A stretch of DNA of 64,000 nt from Lama glama (GCA_028534125.1 CM052817.1:24430001-24494000); one strand, 5' to 3'. Shown: positions 38,483-52,059, numbered from the stretch's first letter. The notes: generated by a model from the sequence alone, not told the origin. A program made the numbers and translations.

Positions 38483-38699
38483 AAAAAGGAATATCTAATC
38501 AATAAATTCTCCCCAATCTCTGTAGCTTCTTATCATAATAATTCAATGAATTCTTATACTATAGATAAGTTCGCAAAACCGAAGGGAAATATATTCTTGA
38601 AACAAAAGTTATATAATATTAAAAACACTGTCAACCCCACGTTGTTCTAAGGTATATTGGAAGTTGAGATGGAGTGGGGAGGGAAGTTAAAGTAGGCTA

Positions 38700-40030
38700 A
38701 AATCCTATATTTTTATAGTAAGTAGTAAAAAATGCTATTTAATTCTTGATGGTGTTAATCTTGGAATATTGGCTAAAGAAAGTTTGAAAATACCTTGATG
38801 GTAAAGATCTGTAAGCAAAAAATAACTACAATTTGTAACTTTCAAATAGAGTAGGAAAAAATCCTATAGAAATAAAAGAATAGCAAGAAAGCATAGAAAA
38901 TAAAAGCATAAAACAAGATATCATAAGACCCAATATTTAAATTATGAAAATAATGGGAATGTATTGAAATTCTATTAAATGACCAAGATTCTCAACCTTT
39001 CTACATGTAAAAAAGATGGTCACCCATATTTTTTTTCCTATTTTTTAGCCTGATTTCAAGATAGGGAAAGACTTTCCATTCATAAATATATTGGAAAAAT
39101 TGATTTACAAAGTCAACACATTTGATTATTTATATAAAATTATCCTGTACTTCACATTTCATGACAACCTATATTAAAGACAATTTACAACCTGACTTAT
39201 CTGTAACAAATATAAATACTACAATTCCTAATGTATAAAATTTGAACAAATCAATGATTAAAATGCAAAAATCCTAAAAAATGGGCAAAAAAACATGACT
39301 AGAATACTAATGGTGAATAACTGTAAGAAAATGTTTAATTCCAAAATAGAAGCAGACTCACAGATACAGAGAACAAACTAGTGGTTACCAATGGGGTGAA
39401 GGAAGAGGAGTGCAATATATGGGTAGGGGAGTAAGAGGTGCAAATTACAAGGTATAAAATAAGCCACAAAATGTATAGCACAACACAGGGTAATATAGCC
39501 AATATTTCATCATAACTATAAATGGAGTATAACCTTTAAAAATGTGAATCACTATATTGTACACCCATTGTATATTACCCATACTTCAATAAAAAAGAAA
39601 ATATTTAATTAACTATTAATCATTGCAATACACATGTAAACAAATTATAAATTTTCATTTATCAAATGGCAAAGAATTAAAAAAAGATGTTTTTTCAATC
39701 CCTAAGGAGAGTTTGCAGAGACTCATGTTTGTTGAAGCATTAACTGGTACAGATATTTTTGAAAAGCAATTTGTCCATATGTTTCAAGAAGAGGAAAGTT
39801 TTCTATTCTTTGACTCAGTGATTACACTTCTAGAAATCTATCACAAAGAAATAAGCAGAGATACAGACAAAGGTCAATATATATGCTACAATTAAGACAT
39901 TCATTTCAGCACAAATTAAAATGATAGGAAAACTTGAAAATCTTAATTTTTTAAACTAGGAGAATATTAATATAGATTATGGAATATCATATAAAGAAAT
40001 ATGATTAAGCCATTAAAATTAATGTTTCCA
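38700..40030 (+). mobile_element. Old L1ME fragments
   Basis: aaaatgggcaaaaaacatgactag...tttcatttatcaaatggcaaag...ctttgactcagtgattacacttctagaaatctatc. Confidence 0.7.
39341..39594 (+). mobile_element. Short L1 3' end nested in L1ME, with 16-bp TSD
   Basis: cagactcacagatacagagaacaaactagtggttacca...acttcaataaaaaa; TSD aagaaaatgtttaatt 39325-39340 and aagaaaatatttaatt 39595-39610. Confidence 0.9.
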
Positions 40031-41099
40031 AGTAATATTTCCCTGCAATGAAAAAAATCGGAGACTGATATTTCTGCAGGGTTCTTCTAGTATCTCTGGG
40101 TATTTGTGTTTTGTTTACTTTAATATATTTTCCAAAATTTCTTCAATGATCATATATTATTTTCACAGTATCAACTTTTTTTAATGTAAATAATTAATGT
40201 GCAGTAGCTTCTGTGAGGGCTCTTGTTTCTGTCTACTCAAGTGATAACCCCAGAAAGTTAGTGGACAACTTTCCCATTCAACCTCATCCAGGCGGGAATG
40301 TTAAGTAGGTCATTATCTGACTGATTTTTCTATTCTTCTACTCATTGATGTCAGAAGTAACTGAGGCAGAGGCATAATCAGGGATGGTGAAAAGCCAAAC
40401 TGGTTCAACCCTTTTTTGATTTTATCTTTTGACATTCCTCTCTTCAGCCGTATAGATATCAAAGTTTTGAGATGCTGTGCTATGCTGGTCATTTAAGGTT
40501 GATTCTGATTGCCATAATGATCAGAATCATAGAGTAGTCTGAGTTATGAGTCTTCAAGGTATTTTTGAGGTTACACATTAATATCAAAGCTTGAATTATT
40601 TTGATGATATGAGTCAGAGGACTCATCAGAGAATCATCAGAGGCAGAGCCTCTGGGGTGGGAAGAGCACCTCCAGCCATCATCATGTTTCACTGGGACCA
40701 CTCATCTTGTGACATTATTGCAATACCTTGTCAGATTACTCTGAAAAGGAAGTTTTATCAAAAAATATATCAAATGTTAGGTTGACTGCATTCAGTTGAA
40801 ATAAAAAAGACTTTGTTTAAAGTATTTTTTTTTCTTCAGCATCAGTTTCTGTTGATTAGGTGATGCCAAATGACCAGTTTGACAGACTATTTCCCAAAGT
40901 TCAGTCATGTGATTTTATTATGGGAAAATTAGCCTTCAATGAGTAGGAAACTTAGATAAAATCAAAATTCTTTCTTTTTTCCTTTTCCCTCCCTTCCTCC
41001 ATTCCTCTTTCCTTTCATTCATGTCTTCTTAACTTTCTTATCTTTTGGATTTGGGTTTAAGAAGGGCTGTCCCACTGCTTGGAACAAATTATACTCATC

Positions 41100-41335
41100 C
41101 TCCCAGGAAAAAAGCTTCTGTGCTTCTTTGCCTCTCAACGCTATGAGAAGAGCAAGAGCTTCTCATTCTCTGCTCCTACAGGACTTTGGAAATAATGCTG
41201 GCATATGTCTCATGTTGTATCAGAGCTGAGTTGATATCTTTTTCACCAGACATGAGCAGAGTGGTCGTACTCAGTTTACGTCCCCAGAGCTCAACTCAGC
41301 GTCTGGCACAAAGCTGATCCTTCATAAATGGTGAA
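41100..41335 (+). mobile_element. L2 3' end
   Basis: ttctctgctcctacaggacttt...tccccagagctcaactcagcgtctggcaca...cataaatg. Confidence 0.55.
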
Positions 41336-43264
41336 GGAGTTCTGTTTCTTACGGTGATATCACGCTTTTGAAAATATTTAGACCCTCCTTGTTATTTCAT
41401 TGTGGGAAAACTTTGAGAAGTGGAAGAAGAAAAGTATCCAAGACCTTTACATTCTATTTCCTCTAGATGTTTGAATATAATTTGGAAATAGCCAATATCC
41501 CTTAGAAAAGAAAACCAACAATGATTAAGTTGAACAAAACAAGTCTTAAGGTTTAAAAGCATGTGGGAGCTGCTTTGTTAGATTTATTCCCCACTTTTAT
41601 CAATAAGGTTTAAAAAATAATGTGAGCTCTTTGGTGAACCTTAAATTATAGCTGAACTTCTGATACAGATCTATTTTTGCAGAAATTTTTTTCCTTACTT
41701 GGGCATCACATTTCCCTTAGGGAGATTAAAGGGCATAAATGCAGTTTTTTCTTTCCTCTAAGAATGGGAACAAACAAAGACAAAAATATTCTGACAGATA
41801 TTTATTACTTGCCTGTAAAGGACATGCATTGCCAGGAAATTATATACATATAATTGGCTATGATTTTACAAAGTTTTGCACTTGCATATTTCCATAAAGC
41901 TCTATAACTTAAAAATAACTAAAATAGAATGCTTTTGGAAAAACCTAGGTATTATTGTTTATCAGCTAAAAGGATTTTGAGATAGGGCTAGATTATGAGG
42001 AAAAGAGTTTGGAGGCTGTTGAATAAGCCTACAAAACTCATCTTAGCCTGGCAACCTGCTGACAGCCTGGCAATTGGTTAGCACAGACATTTAGAGTCTG
42101 CTTTAGGTAGGAGAGACCATAAGAAGCTGCAGTAAGTTTATCGATACAAAGCACTGTGGCCATTCTCCCTCAATAACCTGCTCAGTGAAGAATGCTGTTT
42201 TGATGAAGAAGCTAGGGAGTGTTGTATAAAAGGCAGTTTCCTAAAGGGGGAGGTTATTTCATACATCTACCATTTGTGTTGTAAAGCAGATCCCCTTATT
42301 TGATTAGGTGTGTTGTAGTGCTGCATAAGAATCACATTCTGTTACTGTAGGACTCAAAGAGCAGAAACAGGGTATAGAGGGAGACGACAATATTCTGCAG
42401 ACACTGGGGTAGAGGTCAGATTCCTTCCACAGGAACAATGAGAGAAGATCAACTGTAGAATCTGCAGACACAATGAAGTGACTTGAAGTCAAATAGCTAT
42501 TAGTACTTGCATGGGAGGGAGTGGCACGGAGAAGGGACCTTGAGAGGGAGCAAAACTCCAGCCTGGGCTCTTCTATATACATAATGAAGGGATGCTCAAC
42601 TAATCAGATCATTTCAAAAGATAATGAGAGGACATTTACCTAGGAAACCCCTGTATTTGAGGCAAATGATTTTTCATTTCCTCTAAATTTCCAGGTAAAT
42701 ACTTCATTTCCCACTTTGTAATATATGTGCATGTAATTTTTTTCTTTTTATAATGTTTATCAAAATTACAGCAAGATGATGATTCTGTGGTTGAATGCTC
42801 ACCCTCTCCCTATAAAACTGAAGTGAATTAGTTAAGGAACTGGCAGACTGTTTGTTCCAAGTATCCTGGGTTGCTGTAATTTTGCGAGTTTTGAGAGAAT
42901 AATCTTGCCTTAAAAGATCTAGAAACTTGACCAATTTATCCAGAGTTGATATGACCAAAGAGATATTTACTAATGTCATTCCCAATCAAATGACCGTTTA
43001 TTCAAATTATTGACAAATGATTATAAAGTGCACTGGTTTAGGTGGTGCGATACAGCAATGGACACACTAGACAAAATGTTTGTCTTTGTGGGTCTCATCT
43101 TTATTCACTCTTTGATACACTAACTATCTATGGGAAACAACAAGACAATAGAGATGACTCAAGATCTTCAGTTAGAATACTTGCAAACTGATCTCAGTTT
43201 CCTATAAAATGGAATATTTTGTTTGTTTTATTTTGGAATAGTGATCAGTAGAGGATATTGGTCC

Positions 43265-43460
43265 ACAGCTAAAGCTCAGGATTCAGTCTGTCAATATTCA
43301 AATCTCAATTCACTTCTTACTAGCTGTGTGATTTTTGTAAGTTATTCAACTTTTCTGTACCTAAGTTCCTAGTTGTAAAATGGGGATAATTTAAATTTAT
43401 TTATGTGAGGGCATTCTGTGAGGGCTTACAACAGGGCTCAATAAGTGTTAACAGATGTTA
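43265..43460 (+). mobile_element. MIR
   Basis: cttactagctgtgtga...aagttattcaacttttctgtacct...tgtaaaatggggataat...ctcaataagtgtta. Confidence 0.8.
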
Positions 43461-43551
43461 TGACAACTGATCTGCCCATATATGGGTGTATAAGGATCAC
43501 ATGGGATTGAATGTGAATCTTCAGAGAAACAGCAAAGCACTAAATACAAGT

Positions 43552-43690
43552 TATTCATTTTACTCATTTATTGACACATATTTCATGAGTGCCATGCACT
43601 GTGTTATAAGCTGTGGAGGGAGGGGAAATGAGTGCAAGTTGGCTCTTACACTCAAGGAACTCACAGACTAATGGAGGATAAAAGGCACAT
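43552..43690 (-). mobile_element. L2 3' end
   Basis: tcatttactcatttattgacacatatttcatgagtgcc...ctcaaggaactcacagactaatgg. Confidence 0.7.
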
Positions 43691-45039
43691 TGTTGAAAAA
43701 TTTTTGTACACTATTATGGTTCAAGAAATGTTTCCTAATGTTACTGTTCAAAAAACAGGAGAAGATATATTTTAATTATATAAGTTAAATAGACATGGAA
43801 TCTGGAATCTATCTTATTATGCAGACATTTAGCTGATCCCCTAGGCTTTCAAGGTACTGGTTGACAAGGAAGAAATCTAAACATACATCAATTATGTCAC
43901 GTACAAGATCTGGTTATATAAAGAATTAATTTTAAGACCCAATGTAAAGAGAAATAGCTAAGGATTTTTTAAAAACATACTTCTGAACTGTGTTGAGACT
44001 GGCTATAGAATTTGTGAGGACATCTGTGGATTTAGCAGTGAAAATCTAGGGAGGACAAAAGTGGGCAGTGGGGGTGGGAAAAGAGGTAATTATTATTTTG
44101 GATAAGAGGGAACAGGGGCAAGAGAGGAGGATTATCTGGTAGGTACCAATAACAGAAAAAGAAAGAGGAGTAGGATTGGTTTTGGGTGGGGAGATAAAGG
44201 ATTCTATTTATCACATGTGGATTTTGCTTACATGCATTTGGGGTGTTGACAATACATCAACCAGGACTGAAGTATAAAACATTTGCCAGTTTTGAGACAC
44301 GAATTTGAGTGTTTTCCTTCTATGATAAGTTGTTTGCAATGAAATTGCCAAGGCTGAAGATAATGAAAAAATAGAAGGCAAAAATGTAAAGTGTTTTCTA
44401 TTTTTAAAGAGACTTTGTTTCCATTATGATCAGAAAGCTAATCATTAATTAGTGATAATATGTGACTGCCAAGTGATCAGAATGTTCTTGTCAGCTCATC
44501 AATTTATTCTGTCTCTAAAATCAACAGGAAACATAGATACTAACTTCGATAGTGATACCGGAAATAAATAATGAGAGAAAACAGAGTAAGGTGGTTTTAA
44601 GAATTGCTTTCAACACAGTACACGATCCTAGTGAATCACAGTTTCCTATAAAATGGGAAAATTTCTAAGGCATTGGTATATGTTCTTTGTCAACTGGAAA
44701 GAGTGGCTTCTTCCCAAGCCAGGTTTTTGGAGAAACTAACAGTATCTTTAGTCAGCTTTCTTTCATTGGTTTCTAGGAGTGGTGCTCTTTTTTGTTTGTA
44801 GTGACTTTGCAACATCATCTATCATTTCAACAGACTTTCATGGCCTGTTATAATTCACTTTATATTGATCATTTCTTTAGCTGGCATATAGGGAAGTCCT
44901 TAGTTTTATTAGGACTAATCACATTATATGATGGTTACTGTTGGGAATTTTTCCTATAGGCATTACATTTCATTCCTGTTGGGTGCAGGGTTGGTCTTTG
45001 TTAACTTCATCACAGAAGGATATTGGTTTGGCCAGAAGA

Positions 45040-45345
45040 AACTAGGTTATGAGGGTAACAGATGATACCAAAAATATCTCTATCTTGCAGCAACAATATC
45101 TGTGGTGGACAATGTCCATCATGACTCTGCTCTGTGTCACCTTCAGTCTGGGACCCAGGATGATGGATCATCCTCTATCTGGAACAATGCCAATTGTGGC
45201 GAGGCAGTAGAGGGAAGGAAGAGCACATAGAGGAGCCCAAACTGGCTCTTGAAGTTTCTAGTGGAAAAGTTGTAGCTCAAACATTCTCATCTAAGTTCAC
45301 TAGAGTGAGAGTCCTCTCAACAGGGAAGGGCAGCCAATACTGGGG
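45040..45345 (-). mobile_element. Old MLT1-type LTR
   Basis: gggacccaggatgatgga...tctatctggaacaatgcca...actggctcttgaagtttct. Confidence 0.55.
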
Positions 45346-45440
45346 AGTCTATCACAGATGCCTCTTTGGAATATCCTCACCCATTTATGGCTGTTGAGTC
45401 AGTTTGTTATTGCCCAAGATGTTAGGCCCAATTATGTTTT

Positions 45441-46094
45441 CTTTAAAAAAAATTTTTAAAGTGTTGTTAATTTATAATGTTAGTTTCAGGTGTAGAGTAA
45501 AGACAGTTATACACATACATACATTACATACATAAATATATATTTTTTCTTTTCAGATTCTTTTCCATTATATGTTATTATAAGAAATTGAATATAGTTC
45601 CCTGTGCTATACAGTAGGTCCTTGTTGTTTATCTATTTCATATATAGTAATGTGTGTCTGTTCATCCTCAACCCCTAATTTATCCCTCCATGCCCTTTTC
45701 CTTTTGGTAGCCATAGTTTTTTTTTTTTCTATGTTCTGAGTCTATTTTTGGTTTGTAAGTAGGATTTGTATCATTTTTTTAGATTCCACATATAAGTGAT
45801 ATCATATGGTATTTTTCTTTCTCTTTCTGCCTTATTTCTTAGCATGACAATCTCCAGGTTCATCAATGTTGCTGCAAATGGCATTATTTCATTCTTTTTT
45901 ATGGATGAGTAGTATTCCATTGTGTATATATATATATCACACCTTCTTTATTCAGTCGTCCGTTGATGGACATTTAGGTTGTTTCCATGTCTTAGCAATT
46001 ATAAATAGCGCTGCTATGAACATTGGGGTGCATGTGTCATTTTGAATTACAGTTTTCTCTGGATATATGCCCAGGAGTGGAATTGGATCCCACT
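45441..46094 (-). mobile_element. 5'-truncated young L1 with perfect 13-bp TSD
   Basis: ttccctgtgctatacagtagg...gttgctgcaaatggcattatttc...ggatatatgcccaggagtgg; TSD ccaattatgtttt 45428-45440 and 46095-46107. Confidence 0.95.
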
Positions 46095-46399
46095 CCAATT
46101 ATGTTTTAATTATGTTTTTTAGTCAACCAAAATATAATCTGATACATTATGGTAGACTAGTGTGATGTTTTTCCCAGGGCTGAGATGATGGAGTTCTTTT
46201 CAGACTATATTTTGACAGTGAGGGAGGGACATAGTTGAGGCAAGAGAATGAATGTGAACTTCTGTGGATCTATGTTGAGAAGTTTTTAAACCTTCCTCCT
46301 GATGGAATCGAAAATGATGCATTAACCAGATCAATTGGAACATATCAGTACCAAAGGCCATGTTTTTGTTTGTTTGTTTGTGTTTTGCCTTTAAAATCT

Positions 46400-46660
46400 T
46401 TTATTGTCACTTTTTTAACATTTTTTATTGTGTTATAGTCAATTTACAATGTTGTATCAAATTCCAGTGTAGAGCACAATTTTTCAATTATACATGAACA
46501 TATATATATATTCATTGTCACATTCCTTTCTCTGTGAGCTACCATAAGATCTTGTATATATTTCCCTGTGCTATACAGTATAATCTTGTTTATCTATTCT
46601 ACAATTTTGAAATCCCAGTCTATCTCTTCCTACCCCCAATCCCTTGGCAACCACAAGTCT
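46400..46660 (-). mobile_element. Young L1 3' end running into a gap
   Basis: Reverse complement of the 33504 and 60630 family 3'UTR. Confidence 0.9.
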
Positions 46661-47160
46661 NNNNNNNNNNNNNNNNNNNNNNNNNNNNNNNNNNNNNNNN
46701 NNNNNNNNNNNNNNNNNNNNNNNNNNNNNNNNNNNNNNNNNNNNNNNNNNNNNNNNNNNNNNNNNNNNNNNNNNNNNNNNNNNNNNNNNNNNNNNNNNNN
46801 NNNNNNNNNNNNNNNNNNNNNNNNNNNNNNNNNNNNNNNNNNNNNNNNNNNNNNNNNNNNNNNNNNNNNNNNNNNNNNNNNNNNNNNNNNNNNNNNNNNN
46901 NNNNNNNNNNNNNNNNNNNNNNNNNNNNNNNNNNNNNNNNNNNNNNNNNNNNNNNNNNNNNNNNNNNNNNNNNNNNNNNNNNNNNNNNNNNNNNNNNNNN
47001 NNNNNNNNNNNNNNNNNNNNNNNNNNNNNNNNNNNNNNNNNNNNNNNNNNNNNNNNNNNNNNNNNNNNNNNNNNNNNNNNNNNNNNNNNNNNNNNNNNNN
47101 NNNNNNNNNNNNNNNNNNNNNNNNNNNNNNNNNNNNNNNNNNNNNNNNNNNNNNNNNNNN
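46661..47160. other. Assembly gap (500 N)
   Basis: Run of N. Confidence 1.
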
Positions 47161-47540
47161 CAGTGTTCACTGCAGCATTATTTCCAATAACCAAGGTATG
47201 GAAGCAACTCAAGCACCCATCAATAGATAAAGAAAGAAAGAAGATGTGGTGTACGTATGTATAATGGAATATTACTCTGCCATAAAAACTGAAATCTTAC
47301 CATTTGTGACAGTATGGCTGTGTCTTCAGGGTATTATACTACATTATATATAAGTCAGACAGAGAAAGATAAATACCATATGACCTCACGTGTATGTGGA
47401 ATCTAAAAAAAATAAACAAATAAACAAAACAAAATGAAAACAGACTCAGATACAAAGAACAAATGGATGGTTACCAGAAAGGGGATGGTGGAAAGGTGGG
47501 CACATTAGGTAAAAGGGATTGAGACGTACAAATTTGCAGT
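47161..47540 (+). mobile_element. L1 ORF2 end / 3'UTR fragment
   Basis: tgttcactgcagcattatt...atggaatattactctgccataaaaa...aagtcagacagagaaagataaatacc. Confidence 0.9.
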
Positions 47541-48764
47541 CTCCTCTTCCTTATACACCTTTTAAAATTTTATTTTTACATAAAGAAAAGTGAAGCAGGA
47601 CAAGGATAAATGAAAATGGAATAAACTGCCTGTTAAGAAATCTCACTGTTTTCTTCTACTTTTAGAACTTTTATTCATTGCATATCTAACATGTGACAGG
47701 CCCTGTTATGCACAGGTGAACAAAATACACAAATTTCTGCCCCTGTGAAACCTGTGTTCTAGTGGATTTTGTATTCCAGTAATATTCAAAGAACACTGGC
47801 TGGAGCACAGAAAATAATTGAAATGCTTTTTTAAGTCTTTTGTCAAACTTAAATTGTCAACTGTGAGTCTCAGTCTCAAAATGTCAAACAGGACTCTCCC
47901 CACCACACATGTACCACCACCAGCACCATAATAGTATTCTAAGAGGACAGAAACAGTGCATCATAAATGCTGATGTAAAGATGTGACTTGAATGTCAGGA
48001 ATTTCAAACTTAGGTGAAGGGAACATTGGGAAGGAGTGGGCTTTTCAGTCAACACTATGCCAACCCAAGAATTAGGTTAAATAGTCCAAAGTCAGCAAGT
48101 CAGATTCCAAGTGTTTTAGAAGAGAAAGAGATGGAGTCAGAGACCCCAACAGAGAGATGTCACATCAATGAAGGAAAACTGATTACTGAATTACATCATG
48201 TAGAAATAACATTTGGTAAATTAGGTTTTAGGGAAGGTTTGGCTCACTGTCTGTTAATGCTCCCTGACAGCCTCTGTCTAGACATGGAGAGCTAGTCAAT
48301 TGTCCAGACCCTGTCAGAATCTTATTCTTATTCTGAACAGATGCCTCATATGTGGGGTAATTTAGCATTATCAGTGAAGGAATTAACCAATGACTAATGG
48401 AATTTGTAAAGAGCCCAGGAGTGCTCCCCTATAACACCTAAAAACAAGACCTCAGGTTGGGGTATGGGTTTGCTAATAACCACATGTTATTAATCACAAA
48501 AGGACACATTTCTCTGCTTTTAAACCTGGAAGAGAAGAAGCTCTTTGATTTCTGTGAAACCGTAGGGTAAACTCTCCTGTGAGTCATTAAGCACAGGCTC
48601 AAAGTAACAGCAGCAATTCAGCAGCGCAATATCGGTGAGATGTTATCGTCATTTGAAAAGAGTGAATATGAAGCACAGTGTATTCAGGTGCAGTAAGCCC
48701 AAATAAATAGAAGTTGTAGGTGTTCTTTTCCGACAAGTTTCAGAAAGTAAGCAGGAGAAGAAAT

Positions 48765-48995
48765 CTAACAGTTACTAAGTAACTCCCATCTGACAGGTAC
48801 CTTACTTATCACATTTAATCCGTAGAGAAATCCTGAGATAGATAGTATTATACCCATTTTATAGATAAGGAAACTGAGACTTAGAGAAGTAACGTCGTTG
48901 AGTAACTTGTTCTTGGTCACACATTCAAAAAGGTAGTGAAGCCAAGATATGAAACCAAGTCTTAGCTCTCCAGGTGCTTATACTTACACATAAAA
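48765..48995 (-). mobile_element. MIR
   Basis: tattatacccattttatagataaggaaactgagacttagaga...ggtcacac. Confidence 0.8.
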
Positions 48996-49340
48996 CTGCT
49001 TGGCACCATGAGGGTTCCCAGTGGGTGGCAGCTCTAATCCCTACTTTGATGGATTTATAGTTCTTTTAAGGAGATGAAACACATAAATACAGAAGCTAAA
49101 GAACAAAATAATAGAACACATCAGCAAAAAGGTGCAATAATGCTTTATGCATATAGGCTTTCTAGTTTCCAAGATGCATCCATTTATGTTGCTTTTTGTA
49201 ATTATTAAAAAGCTCCTGACACATATATTTCAAGCAAGAAGTATTCCCATGTCTTCATTTAGGATTTGGTATTTGAAAGAAATTGGAAGTACTTCTGACA
49301 CCTTGAAAATTTTAATCTTTACTGAAATATATTTTATGGA

Positions 49341-49460
49341 GGGGAGGGGATACCTCAGTGGTAGAGTGCATGCTCAGCATGCATGAGGACCTAAGTTCAA
49401 TTCTCCAGTACTTCCATTAAAATAAATAAATAAAAACCTAATTATCCCCACAAAATAATA
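49341..49460 (+). mobile_element. tRNA-Ala(AGC)-derived SINE (camelid vic-1 type)
   Basis: ggggaggggatacctcagtggtagagtgcatgctcAGCatgcatgaggacctaagttcaattctccagtacttcca followed by an (AAAT)n tail; degenerate A and B boxes. Confidence 0.85.
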
Positions 49461-50330
49461 TATATATAGTACATCCTAAAAATACTGGCCTAGACTTTTA
49501 ATTTCCACATAAGTTCAGGAGGCAGAGCACCCAGGAGCCATAGAGCTCGTTGAGGAGGGCGATGAAACACTGTTCTATGATTCCAAATATCAAAAGCAAA
49601 ATGGTGTGCTACTTGGATATCATATTATGCTACTATAAATGAGTGACAGCCAGTGCCGCAGGTGTAAGGAGAATGTGTCAGGGGTGAGGGATGATGGAAG
49701 CAGTGGACATACGTAACATTGACAGTGGATCTTCCAGTGCTTTGGGCTGAGATTTCTGCAAACTGTGTGAAAGCTTCTTTCTCAATAACAAGATCATCTG
49801 AATTCACTTCATGGATCTCCCAAGGGGAGCCCTGAGGATGCAAGGTGGTGGCTCAGGAATTCTGACCCATAAACCCCCAGATGAGTGATGCTTATTCATT
49901 TGTGAGCCTGTTGCAACACAGTTCATATTCAACATGATCAGTGACCCCTTTAGGGTCAAACTCTTATCTGAAGAAGTGGAGTCAATGTATATTGAATGAT
50001 GATTATCCATAGATTCAATACCAGGTGTTAACCTTACATATACAAAATGCTGAAGGACATACTGTTATCTTCATTTTTAGACGAAGAAAGTGGTATCTCC
50101 AGAGACTGAAGCCACACATGGTCAGTAAATAATAAAACCGCTTTACATGATGATACTGGTTTTGCTGATCTCAGAGAATTATATTAAGGATCAAATGAGA
50201 TAACAGAAAAAAAGAGTCTTTGAAAATTTTAAACTTTCACCTAAGTTTACTGTATTATCATTGTAATCATAATGGTCATCCTAATGGTCTTCAACATCAC
50301 CATCAACTGTTGTCAATAATGGATCACTTT

Positions 50331-51551
50331 AAAAAAAATTTTTTTGTTGAAGTTTAGTCAGTTACATGTGTCAGTTTCTGGTGTATAGCATAATGTCCCA
50401 GTCATGCATATATATACATATATTTGTTTTCATATTCTTTTTCATTAACGGTTATTACAAGATATTGAATACAGTTCCCTGTGCTATACCGAAGGAATTT
50501 GTTTTTTACCTATTTTTATGTATACTGGTTAACCTTTGCATTTATCCCTTCCTACCCCCTTCCCCCTGGTAACCATAAAATTGTTTACTATGTCTGTGAG
50601 TCTGTTTCTGTTTTGTAGATGAGTTCATAATGTCCTCTTTTTTCTTTTTAGATTCTACGTATAAGTGATATTGTATGGTATTTTTCTTTCTCTTTCCAGC
50701 TTACTTCACTTAGAATGACATTCTCTAGGGACATTCATGTTGCTGCAAATGGCATTATCTTATTCTTTTTTATTGCTGAGTAGGTATTCCATCATATAAA
50801 TACACCACAACTTCTTTATCCAATCATCTGTTGATGGACATTAAGGTTGCTTCCATGTCTTGGGTCTTGTACATAGTGCTGCTATAAACATTGAGGTGCA
50901 CGTATCTTTTTGAATTAGAGTTCCCTCTGGATATATGCCCAGGAATGGGATTGCTGAATCATATGGTAAGTTTATCTTTAGTATTTTGAGGAATCTCTGT
51001 ACTGTTTTCCACAGTGGATGCACTAAACTACATTCCCACCAGCAGCGTAGAAGGGTTCCCTTTTATCCACACCCTCTCCAGCATTTATCGTTTGTGGACT
51101 TTTGCATGATGGCCATTCTGACTGGTGTGAGGTGATATCTTATTGTAGTTTTCACTTTCATTTCTCTGATAATTAGTGATATTGAGCATTTTTTCATGTG
51201 CCTATTGGCCATTTATATGTCTTCATTGAAGAATTGCTTGTTTAGGTCTTCTGGCCATTTTTGGATTGGAATTTTTTTTTCTTATTAAGTTGTATAAGCT
51301 GTTTGTATATTCTAGAAATTAAATCTTTGCCAGTCACATCATTTGAAAATATTTTCTCCCATTCTTTAGGTTGTTGTTTTGTTTTACTTATGGTTTCCTT
51401 TGCTGTGCAAAAGCTTATAAGTTTAACTAGGTCCTATTCATTTATTTTAGCTTTTATTTCTAATGTCTGGGTAGACTGCCCTAGAAGAACATTTTTGAGA
51501 TGTATGTGAGATAATGTTTTGCATGTTGTCCTATATTTAAGTCTTTAAGCC
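50331..51551 (-). mobile_element. 5'-truncated young L1 (ORF2 C-terminus and 3'UTR)
   Basis: ORF 50841..51023 PLWKTV.RFLK.LKI.LPYD.AIP.LGIYP..DTCT.MFIAAL..KTWKQP; TSD atggatcacttt 50319-50330 and atgggtcacttt 51552-51563. Confidence 0.95.
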
Positions 51552-52059
51552 ATGGGTCACTTTTTTAAAGAGCCATTAGTGAAATCTGTCATTTGATAAC
51601 AAATATTAACATCAAAATTATTTTACTTAACTTGCAGATAATTTTCATCAAGACAGTTTTTATGATAAAAAGCATATCTCATCAAAGACTGGACAATATG
51701 ATTTCATTTAGCTGAAAAAGAGAAAAATAAATTAAAACCCAATAAATATTCAATGATTATATCAGTTTAATTATAGAAGCAGTCTAACAAGAAAACAATA
51801 GTGAGAAACAGAGGAAGAAATATCATGCTTAACCCAACCACACTAAGACAATCATTCTCAACAGTTTAGCATAAGCTTTTTCAGGTTTTATAATATTCAT
51901 GTTTTACATAACTATATTCAGAGTACATATAAACATAGATCCTGTTTTTAATTCATAAACATACCATACTCATTTTAAAGGGTTGTTACATGATCCTTAT
52001 AACTTGTATTTATAACTTTTCTCCCAAATTTCTTTATGCTCTTCTTGCTCTGCCCAACC

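Noticed and set aside
46400..47540. Twin-priming inverted L1 across the gap
   Set aside because: Both sides contain 3'UTR sequence of apparently different subfamilies, and the junction is hidden in N.
49341..49416. Possible tRNA-Ala gene
   Set aside because: The A and B boxes are mutated, the stems are disrupted, and it has an extra 5' purine run and an (AAAT)n tail, so it is a SINE copy.
49625..50010. Overlapping minus-strand ORFs in unique sequence, as a retrocopy or endogenous viral element
   Set aside because: No recognisable protein similarity, poly(A) or TSD; the lengths are within chance expectation.
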